From a bacterium (GTDB lineage: Bacteria > Hydrothermota > 32-111), in NCBI GenBank assembly GCA_050239825.1, contig JBFXGO010000008.1, positions 1-39,241 on the forward strand: 39,241 nucleotides of DNA, read 5' to 3'. Below the pieces are notes generated by a model, which saw only the letters and a list, made by a program, of their open reading frames with translations, was not told the DNA's origin and did not search any database. How positions within the stretch are numbered: the stretch's first letter is position 1; every line of letters starts with the position of its first letter. This document shows, piece by piece, positions 28,530-36,824 of the stretch. Both the position numbers and the translations under genes were made by a program.

Positions 28530-29162
28530 CTAAGATGACAGGTAACCAGAGAGCAAAATTAAACCAATGCTTATCAAGGCTAATAACAGGTTGATAATAT
28601 TCGCCAAAACTCCACCATAAATGGAGTATTTGATTCTGTCTCGCTTCGCTTTTCTAAGGTAGTTTTCTCTATAAATGCTTTTATATGTATCGTTGCTGTT
28701 AAGATATTTCTCATTCTCCTTAAATGGCACTTTTATAAATGAAATTGCGACTGTGGTTAATATCGTTACTAATGGCATAGCTGAACATGAAAACATAGGT
28801 GCCGTGCGGGCAGCTATTGGATCTAGAGCAATCATTACAAATGCCGGTACAATTCCTCCTATTAAACATGTTGACAGCATGCCAATGGATCCCCAGATGG
28901 CGGTCTCTTCATTTTCATGCAAATCCATATCTGAATCATACAAGGCCTGCTCAGCATCACTCTTTACCGGCTCTTTAGCTTTATCTTCAATGTTCTCTCT
29001 CTTCCCGTCGTCTTTATAATCTTTTTTCTGTTCTTTAGGTTCGATATAGATATCCTTATCCTCAGCTGAATTCTGCTCATGCGTTGTTTCCATAAAATCA
29101 TCTGCGAACCCCATACAAGCTATTGCCATTATTAGAATCATTGAAACAATTCTTTTTTGCAT
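28530..29162 (-). CDS. Hypothetical membrane protein
   Basis: Signal peptide, charged linker, about three hydrophobic segments. Confidence 0.75.
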   Translation of the reverse strand: MQKRIVSMILIMAIACMGFADDFMETTHEQNSAEDKDIYIEPKEQKKDYKDDGKRENIEDKAKEPVKSDAEQALYDSDMDLHENEETAIWGSIGMLSTCLIGGIVPAFVMIALDPIAARTAPMFSCSAMPLVTILTTVAISFIKVPFKENEKYLNSNDTYKSIYRENYLRKAKRDRIKYSIYGGVLANIINLLLALISIGLILLSGYLSS

Positions 29163-29370
29163 ATTTATCTTTTATGGAGACTTTGTGATTTCAGCATACT
29201 TCTAATCTTCTTTATTCTTCTCCTCTTTCTCATTTCTACAATTTTATCCCCTTGCCTTCTTATGTCAATATGATTTCTCTTCATTTCAACCAGTGACTTT
29301 TGACTAGTGATATTCTTTCTCTTGTCAAGATGTCAATCAACGGTCCCTTTATCTCTTCAAATGTCAATGT

Positions 29371-30360
29371 CTATTCTTTATTCCATGACAGTACTCTTAA
29401 TCCGAAATCTAAGTCCGCTACATAAATAAAGTTTCTATAAACAAATGAATTGTCAATATTTCCTTCAATGCTATATGTTTCCAACTGTATAATATTTTTC
29501 GGATCTGAAACATCTAACATTTGTATTCCCTCCTTTCCATTAGAGATATACGCTATTCCATCGGTATAGAAAACACCTGAAGCGTCTCCTTTCGTGAACC
29601 AGTAATTTACTTCTATAGGGTTGTTTGGATCTGAAATATCATAAATATATAATCCGAAAGGGTTAACTGATATATATGCATAATCTCCGGAAACGGAAAT
29701 ATCAGACATGTATCCTCCGGTTTCGCCTCCCTTAATATCAAAGAAACCCAATTCATTAGGTTCTTGTGGATTTGAATAATCTATAATTCTTAAACCATCC
29801 GAACCATCACAAAAATAAGCATATTTGCCTGAAATGAATACAGCAGAAGGCATCGGGTCGAGATATGAGCAATTTGGTGCATTGAAACTGCTGACTAATG
29901 TTGGAGCAGTAGGAATAGAAAGATCAAGTACTATTAAATCTCCGCTGTAATCAACAACGAATGCATATTTGTCGAATATTTCAATCCCACTTGCACAATA
30001 AGGTGTAGCATAAGTACCTACTATGAACGGATTCTTCAGATCAGAAATGTCTATTATTTCAAGCATATTCTCACAGTCTGCTACATAAGCATAATTTCCG
30101 AAAACTCTAACCTCACAAGCGTATCCAGGAGTATCACAAATACCTAACGTCGAAGGATTGGTAGGGTCCGAAACGTCTATTATCCACAACCCATATTCAT
30201 ATGCAGCGATGTAAGCAATGTCATTTTGGATTATTATATCATATGCACTGTCAACCGTCGTCTCATTCCCAATTTCTTTGATCGGGCCAAAGTCAAATAA
30301 AGAGCAGGAATTAAAAAACAATATCAGAATCACTAATGCTCTGGCATTTAAATTCATCAT
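29371..30360 (-). CDS. LVIVD-repeat beta-propeller lipoprotein
   Basis: Lipobox FNSC; divergent AYVAD...L.IIDISDP repeats. Confidence 0.9.
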   Translation of the reverse strand: MMNLNARALVILILFFNSCSLFDFGPIKEIGNETTVDSAYDIIIQNDIAYIAAYEYGLWIIDVSDPTNPSTLGICDTPGYACEVRVFGNYAYVADCENMLEIIDISDLKNPFIVGTYATPYCASGIEIFDKYAFVVDYSGDLIVLDLSIPTAPTLVSSFNAPNCSYLDPMPSAVFISGKYAYFCDGSDGLRIIDYSNPQEPNELGFFDIKGGETGGYMSDISVSGDYAYISVNPFGLYIYDISDPNNPIEVNYWFTKGDASGVFYTDGIAYISNGKEGIQMLDVSDPKNIIQLETYSIEGNIDNSFVYRNFIYVADLDFGLRVLSWNKE

Positions 30361-30438
30361 TATATTTTTCCCTCCTTGAGAATTATTCTACCTTTAAGCA
30401 TCAACAATATTAGATTAACACATTTTTTGTGCATAACA

Positions 30439-30500
30439 CTATTTCCCTGTCAGCTCATTTGCTATCAATTCAGCTTGCTTAAGGACGGTTTCTGTGGCAA
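30439..30500 (-). pseudogene. Possible extreme C-terminal remnant of a type I HsdR
   Basis: LATETVLKQAELIANEL resembles the HsdR DUF3387 C-terminus (ATETVLEQAE). Confidence 0.5.
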
Positions 30501-30821
30501 GAGGGGATTGATAGAAGGGATTAGGTATGGTGCTTGGATTTTTTTTGCGAGTTAAATATATTGGACATACTTCAAAATTTGTAAAACAATGTAATAAAGA
30601 TTTGATTTTTCCAAAGCTTTCTGTCAATCTTTGCTCCATCTTTAAATCTATCCCTTTTAATAATTATATCCCGACACAATTTAAAATCAATGGTGTAAAT
30701 AGAATGTTAAAAAGTATAACACTTTCTGCCATCGATTTATCTCTCTTAATTTTAAAATAAAAGACGTTTTATAAGTTCTAAATCAAAACGAAAAATATGA
30801 ATCTAAAAGAATTGTCTCCTA

Positions 30822-31400
30822 CTAATTAAATTCTATTTCAATATATTTATTTTTCTTTTCGTAATAAATTATTTTAACATCTATCTTCTCACTTAAAGAT
30901 TTCATCGTTTTATATGTGATTGGTTTAATCGAATAAGGCGTTGTTTCGATAAAACCATCAATACCTCTTGATTCCTCTTCCGGTGTGGCCAATCTATATG
31001 GTTTTTTCATTATTTCACTACATTTTTTTAAAATCGCTTCTTGATACTTTAATCCCACAAATGTCTTTACAATAACTAAATCTTTTACCCAAGATTGAAT
31101 CATTTCATCTGTTATTTTATTCATTGCATCTTTTAAATTTAAAATCATCGCAGTTATTTTTTCTGTAGAATTTTTTAATGCTTCTGGTTGTTTTGTTAGA
31201 TACCATTTTTCCCATTCTTCAAGGGTTGTCCCTGTGAATTCTTGAATAAGTTCACTTAACTGACCAACGACGCTTGGTCTTGTTCCTTGTGCATTTTGAT
31301 TTGCCAGATTTAATATTTGTGATACATATTTAGGTAGATCTATATCACTTATTTCATAAAATTGATTAATTTCCATGTCTGTAACTTTTATTATCATCAT
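30822..31400 (-). CDS. MjaI-family restriction endonuclease
   Basis: LNLANQNAQGTRPSVVGQLSELIQEF...EESRGIDG...SIKPITY. Confidence 0.88.
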   Translation of the reverse strand: MMIIKVTDMEINQFYEISDIDLPKYVSQILNLANQNAQGTRPSVVGQLSELIQEFTGTTLEEWEKWYLTKQPEALKNSTEKITAMILNLKDAMNKITDEMIQSWVKDLVIVKTFVGLKYQEAILKKCSEIMKKPYRLATPEEESRGIDGFIETTPYSIKPITYKTMKSLSEKIDVKIIYYEKKNKYIEIEFN

Positions 31401-32677
31401 CCCTCCTCATTATTATAATATTTAATAAAAATATCTTTATATTTGTAAATGCTTTTCAAATCTGGTTTAACTAATTTTTTTTTAATAAGATGAGCATTTA
31501 TGAACATTCTGTTGTTCAAATATATATAGCATAATAGATTGCCATTATCATCATACTTCTTTTCATCAAACTTTATAAAAATCTGTTTATTTTCTATGTT
31601 TTCTTTTAGAAACGCTATTGCTTTCTCATTCATAATATCGTCTTTTTCTATACCTATAAGTTTCAATTTTAAACCTGTTTCTGTTACAACTTCATTAAAG
31701 TTAGTTATTTTCTTGATTACCAAAAATTCTTCTTTTTTATTAGAGTTTTTTTCAATAACTGACCCAAAAGTTAATTTTCGAGGATCAATAAGCTTGTTTA
31801 TCTTCACAGGATCATTGAATATGTATCTCAATTTATTGTAATTTAAATTATTTGGTCTATTAATAACTTCAAATTTAAATTCATCAAATTTAAATTTATT
31901 ATCAGTTTGCAGTTTATTCTTTATAATTGATAAAAAATCTTCATTAATCTCAATACCTATACTATTGCGTTCTAGCTTATATGCAGCAAGAGAAGTAGTT
32001 CCACTTCCTAAAAATGGATCCAAAACAGTTTCGTTGAAAAAACTAAACATTTTAATAAGTCTTTTGGGAAGTTCTTCTGGAAACATGGCAAGATGCTTGT
32101 TTTGTTTCTCTCCCGCAAAATTCCAATGTCCTGAAAAATATTTATTCCATTCTTCAATTGAAAGCTTTGATTTTTCTTTCATTAACTTGTTTGGAGTGGA
32201 TACCATTCCTTGTTTTTTAAATATTAAAATATATTCATAATCCAATTTCAATATTCCGTTTCTTGGATAAGGAAATGACCCCATTATCGTTGCTCCCCCT
32301 GATGTGTTGCAGGTGGTGACTTTTTGCCAAATTATTGCTCCCATATAGTCTAAACCCATAGTTTCGCAATAGCGTACTATTTCATCTCTTATAGGAATAA
32401 CTTTATACCTTCCATAATATATTGACCTCGCGAACTGATCTCCAATATTTATACACAACTTACAGCCTGGAGAAAGCACCCTATTACACTCTTCCCAAAC
32501 AAGATTAAGATTATTAATATAATCTTCAAATGAATCATTAAACCCTATTTGCTTATTGGAACCATAATCTTTAAGTTGCCAATAAGGAGGCGAAGTAATA
32601 ATTAAATGCACACTTTCGTCAGGGACTTCCTTCATATCTCTCGCATCAGCAATATATATTTTATGAGTTGTACTCAT
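31397..32677 (-). CDS. N4-cytosine-type DNA methyltransferase fused to a C-terminal SNase/thermonuclease-like domain
   Basis: TSPPY, HLAMFPEELP, DPFLGSGTT; C-terminal KLIGI...YD..GNLLCYIYL..FINAHLIK; start taken at ATG 32677. Confidence 0.9.
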   Translation of the reverse strand: MSTTHKIYIADARDMKEVPDESVHLIITSPPYWQLKDYGSNKQIGFNDSFEDYINNLNLVWEECNRVLSPGCKLCINIGDQFARSIYYGRYKVIPIRDEIVRYCETMGLDYMGAIIWQKVTTCNTSGGATIMGSFPYPRNGILKLDYEYILIFKKQGMVSTPNKLMKEKSKLSIEEWNKYFSGHWNFAGEKQNKHLAMFPEELPKRLIKMFSFFNETVLDPFLGSGTTSLAAYKLERNSIGIEINEDFLSIIKNKLQTDNKFKFDEFKFEVINRPNNLNYNKLRYIFNDPVKINKLIDPRKLTFGSVIEKNSNKKEEFLVIKKITNFNEVVTETGLKLKLIGIEKDDIMNEKAIAFLKENIENKQIFIKFDEKKYDDNGNLLCYIYLNNRMFINAHLIKKKLVKPDLKSIYKYKDIFIKYYNNEEG

Positions 32678-32719
32678 ATGCAAATTATATATCTAATAAT
32701 ATATAAAATCAACATTTTT

Positions 32720-33478
32720 CTACATTAAACTTTTAATACGATTTTCTATTTCTTTATTTTTAATTTCACCTCTGAAGTCAGAAAATATATATAGAACTTC
32801 CCTATTATATTTCAGTTTATAGTTTTCATTTTTTCTTTTGTTAGCTTCCCGTGCCTTGCGAATTACAGGAGTACCACTATTCTAGCTCAATGGTTTGATT
32901 TGTATGGCGAAAAGACATTTATGTTCACGATATACTTCATAATCTATTGCATACTCATAATCATGTTCTCTTATAACTTTTTCAAACTTTAGGTTAGGAT
33001 ATGACATAGATAGTCTGTCGATAGTATTTTTCTCTCGTAGAATCACACCATTTCATGTCTCGCAAATAGTTCTGAAATATACGCAATAAAAACAATCTTT
33101 CTCAGTAATTCCAACATTATTGTTCGGAATATTTTCAAATAAAATTTTTCCTTTATCCATTAATTCCTGTTTAGTTCTTCCGAATGCGTAATTAATTTCT
33201 CTATTACCTTCTTCAACTTGCATTTTCTCCTCGAAAGTAGCATTATATTTTTCGAGAAATGACTTACTCTTTGAAGGAAGACCATCTAATATTTGCTTTC
33301 TCTTAATACCTGACTTATAATAATAATTTTCCCAATCTTCTTTCCTCTCAAAAATTTCCTGTTCAATAAGATTTGACGTATATCCGAGACTCCATGGAAG
33401 ATTCAAATGTAGATCATTCCAAATGTTATTTGTGAATCTGAATTTACTTTCTTCTAATTTATTTTTAAAATCATCCAT
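32720..33478 (-). pseudogene. PD-(D/E)xK endonuclease-like gene with two in-frame stops
   Basis: Same frame continues ICET*NGVILRE...DYEYAIDYEV...AIQIKPLS*NSG...KSLM* to 32720. Confidence 0.8.
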
Positions 33479-33524
33479 AACTACCTCTTTGCTTAATCTG
33501 ATTCTTCTTTAAGCCCTTCATATT

Positions 33525-33685
33525 ACTGGTAAAGAATCACTTTTTGACGTAGAGATTATCTGTTTCAGCAGTCACCAATCCAACAGGTGGATTGTTCTCC
33601 TCTTTGTCTCTTTGTATGTGTATTGCTAAACCTGTTCAGAAAACTCATTTGAATTTCCATTTTTAATTTTCTTCAGTCTTCCCAT
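33525..33685 (-). pseudogene. N-terminal remnant of a Mod-like (type III-related) DNA methyltransferase
   Basis: GAGGTG RBS, MGRLKKIK...EQV*QYTYKETKR then frameshifted NNPPVGLVTAETD. Confidence 0.55.
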
Positions 33686-33696
33686 TTTCACCTCTT

Positions 33697-35190
33697 TTAA
33701 TAAAAATTCCTGAAAAACAAATCTACTTCTTCCTGAGTAATTGTATTTGGAGTTCTTTTTAGTTTTTTTTCATCTATAATTATTCTTTCAAAATCGATTT
33801 TATAATCTTTTTTTTCTAGCCAATTCATATTCCAAATAACAACATTATTATTTTCATTTTGCACCATTCGACAAATTTCTTCTTTGTATGGTATGTCAAT
33901 TCCCAAGCATATTCTTTGCAACCATATCTCTAAGTATCCAGTATTTGGGATCTGCGAAAACCTTGCCAATATTCTTGAAACTAATATTTTTTTATCTTCC
34001 GGATTCATTTTTTCAGAAAATTGACTAATCATTGCTGCTATAATAGGATAGCTTCTTGGACTTTTTAATGCGATATTTACTAGTATACTTATAATAACAT
34101 CTACATCCTCCTTCTTAAAGTGTCTTTTACCTTGAATTTTATATAGTGATGTTAATGTTCTAACAATTGTTCCAGAATTTGGATGTTTTTCATTTAGTAA
34201 ATAAATTTTTAACAATTCCTTCTTTAAATTACTGTGACTGGAAGGATGAAGTAAAAAATATAATTTATCTTTTTTAATTGAATTAGCTATAACATCCTCT
34301 GACATTCTGGTTTTTGATGTATTTAATTTTATTCCAAGTGAGATTAATACTTCTAAAAGGTCTTTTAATAACGTTTCACCAACGTAAATACTATTGACAA
34401 AAACTCTGTAATCATCTCTATAGCGAATTATTTTAAAATCATCTTTATTTATTTTCCTACTTTTTATCTTTTTCGTCAGAAGCATATCTGCATAACCAAG
34501 TACCATCTCTGCAATGAAGTCCATTATGACGCTACCTTGCGGAATCCCATTCGTCTGTCCATAAGACATACTTTGTATATGTGTATCAATTATGTTTCCT
34601 ATTAATTTAGGATTATTTCTATTAGCTTTTTGTTTAATATATTCTTTATCATGAAGCGCCCATGAGATAGAGTGAGAATATAACGAACCATAGCAATCAG
34701 TTATATCGGTTTCAAACATATGTGAAAAATCCAACCCTTGAATGATTGATTCCTGTTCAAAATTTTCCCACCAATTCAATATTTGATTGGCTTTATAGGA
34801 ATAACTATTTTTCTTAGCTACGGGTATACTTATACAATTAACCCAACTTTCTTGAGTGAACTGATCGAACCTATTAACAATGCTATTCCAATTATCCTTT
34901 TCTGTAATATTTTGAAGTAGTGAAATATAGAGCATTGGATTGACAATTTGTAATGGTCTCCAACCATATTTTCCATCCTTATTTTTAAATATTACATAAT
35001 TTACATTTTCTTCAGATTTTGCTTTATTCAAGTGATAGTTTGACAATGGGATTTTTTCTAGCAAATTCAAACAATCTTTAAGTAATGGTGAAAATTCAAA
35101 GTAATCCGGTAAATCAAAATTTACATAATTTTCTTTTCTTAAAAAATATTTTCTTGATTCTGTGTTTTTTAAATTTAATACGTTAATCAT
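33697..35190 (-). CDS. Reverse transcriptase, UG/Abi (defence-associated) type
   Basis: WRPLQIVNP, TDITDCYGSLYSHSISWALH, GQTNGIPQGS, IIRYRDDYRVF, LNTSKT motifs; helical C-terminal extension. Confidence 0.93.
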   Translation of the reverse strand: MINVLNLKNTESRKYFLRKENYVNFDLPDYFEFSPLLKDCLNLLEKIPLSNYHLNKAKSEENVNYVIFKNKDGKYGWRPLQIVNPMLYISLLQNITEKDNWNSIVNRFDQFTQESWVNCISIPVAKKNSYSYKANQILNWWENFEQESIIQGLDFSHMFETDITDCYGSLYSHSISWALHDKEYIKQKANRNNPKLIGNIIDTHIQSMSYGQTNGIPQGSVIMDFIAEMVLGYADMLLTKKIKSRKINKDDFKIIRYRDDYRVFVNSIYVGETLLKDLLEVLISLGIKLNTSKTRMSEDVIANSIKKDKLYFLLHPSSHSNLKKELLKIYLLNEKHPNSGTIVRTLTSLYKIQGKRHFKKEDVDVIISILVNIALKSPRSYPIIAAMISQFSEKMNPEDKKILVSRILARFSQIPNTGYLEIWLQRICLGIDIPYKEEICRMVQNENNNVVIWNMNWLEKKDYKIDFERIIIDEKKLKRTPNTITQEEVDLFFRNFY

Positions 35191-35262
35191 TATTTATAAT
35201 TTGATAAATTTTTCTCTAGCAAATTAATCTGTCGAACTCATATCTTCTTTCTCCATTTTGGG

Positions 35263-35324
35263 ATTATATATCAGAAAAATGATTTATTCAAGCAAAATAA
35301 TTCTATTAATATTATAAATCATTT
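35263..35324 (-). promoter_or_regulatory. RT promoter with overlapping inverted repeat
   Basis: TTGAAT-17 bp-TATAAT (35291-35263); 11-bp IR aaatgatttat (35277-35287) / ataaatcattt (35314-35324). Confidence 0.7.
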
Positions 35325-35371
35325 CCCACTACAGATGAATATTAACTTATTCATAATTTTCCGGAAAAACT

Positions 35372-35579
35372 TTAATAAACAAAGCCGTTATTCAAAAGAA
35401 TTGATTTGAATCCTGCGGCTATTGCAAACGTGTCTTTCGGTTGAACAGGTATTGGAGATGTTTCATCTTTTGAAACCGAAGTCTTTTGTCTGACACCAAT
35501 TTTAAAATCCTCGTTAGACATTGCATAAAAATTAATACCAAACAGAACAATTAAAATAAAAAACCATTCTTTTCATCAT
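35372..35579 (-). pseudogene. Frameshifted, truncated secreted-protein remnant
   Basis: GGAGG RBS, MMKRMVF then frameshift into ILIVLFGINFYAMSNEDFKIG...GFVY*. Confidence 0.5.
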
Positions 35580-35686
35580 TCCTCCTTATTGAATCACTAA
35601 AATTATACACCTTGATATCATTTTTTTCAAATGCAATTGTTTAAAAAACAAATATCATAAAATATTGCATGCGGTTGTAAATTCAA

Positions 35687-36643
35687 TTAAATAGGCCTAG
35701 CAAATATGATTCCTTTGATCCTGTCATATTTTATTCCCGGCTCATTTATCTCATCGCCATTATAGAGATTGTACCAATGTGTTGAATTCAAACTCCATTT
35801 ATATGCAAATGGCCTCCTGTCAACTGTTGTGCTTATCTTGTATTTCATCCATCCGAATCCTATTCCGCTTGGCTTTCCGCTGTCCTCATTTATTTCAGCT
35901 ACGGGAATACTGTTGCAGTATCTCGTATCTGCAGATACTGTGTGTCCTGAAGATGCGCAATCATAAACTTGTATTTCAACTTCATTGTTTGCATTGACAG
36001 CTTTAATATCCCATGCTATCATAACATGTCCTGTTGAAGCATGTCCTGTAGAATCAATCCACTCATCCCTCCAATCATCATCGTATCTGACTATGATGAG
36101 ATCTCCTTTTTTCAGTGAGTCTATTGAAGTGAAGACTCTCCAGTATGCATTCTCAGTAACAGTATTTGCTCCAAGAATTGAATCTCTGAAATAATCATAG
36201 AATGTGCATGCTCTGACGCTGAAATCCTTAGGATGAAGTTTCATTTTCCATGATAGTAGATTATCGGCATGATTAGGAAGTGCATCGTAGATTATTATTG
36301 AATATAAAAAACCCGAACAATCATACTCATACACTCTGTCAATATCATCAATGATTCTGTCAGCATAATGAACATACTTTGTGCGTGTGATTTTTTCCCA
36401 AATAAACTCCCCGCGTTTTATCAAAACACCTCTCGGGGTATTTGCAGTAATTGTGTCGGCTCGTATATCTATTCTTGCGCCTCCAACCAAAAGGCCATCA
36501 TCTTCATCAGCTACATCCTCATAATCATGAGAGTATTCATCCTGCCCATCCGAAAGATTTTGACTGCAGGAAAATATAATCACACTTGAGCAGAGTAGAG
36601 TAAAAATCAATTGAAACATCTGCCTCTTTGCATTTTTTTTCAT
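35687..36643 (-). CDS. Lipoprotein with NlpC/P60-like (papain-fold) catalytic motifs
   Basis: Lipobox IFSC; YDCSGF, KKGDLI, TGHVMI. Confidence 0.75.
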   Translation of the reverse strand: MKKNAKRQMFQLIFTLLCSSVIIFSCSQNLSDGQDEYSHDYEDVADEDDGLLVGGARIDIRADTITANTPRGVLIKRGEFIWEKITRTKYVHYADRIIDDIDRVYEYDCSGFLYSIIIYDALPNHADNLLSWKMKLHPKDFSVRACTFYDYFRDSILGANTVTENAYWRVFTSIDSLKKGDLIIVRYDDDWRDEWIDSTGHASTGHVMIAWDIKAVNANNEVEIQVYDCASSGHTVSADTRYCNSIPVAEINEDSGKPSGIGFGWMKYKISTTVDRRPFAYKWSLNSTHWYNLYNGDEINEPGIKYDRIKGIIFARPI

Positions 36644-36824
36644 TTCATCTCCTTTTTGTTCTATTATTGACTAAAAATCTATTCTGTCAAGCTATTTACA
36701 ATTTACGCTTTTAAAATAATTTTTATTTATGTTATATTCGGATTATCATTTTGACTATTTCAACCGCCGTTCCTTTGCTTTTCGCTATTGATAAATTAAG
36801 ATAATTATGTATAATAAGAAAGTT

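Noticed and set aside
32720..33478. Stop-codon reassignment or selenocysteine/pyrrolysine readthrough
   Set aside because: TGA and TAG terminate conserved genes such as rpmH, topA and rdgB; simple nonsense mutation is more parsimonious.
33697..35190. Group II intron-encoded protein
   Set aside because: No YADD, no maturase or endonuclease motif, and no domain V/VI structure after the stop.
35191..35686. Retron msr-msd or DRT2/DRT9-type ncRNA upstream of the RT
   Set aside because: A consensus promoter lies about 65 nt before the ATG, the rest is explained by a pseudogene, and no long a1/a2-type inverted repeat was seen.
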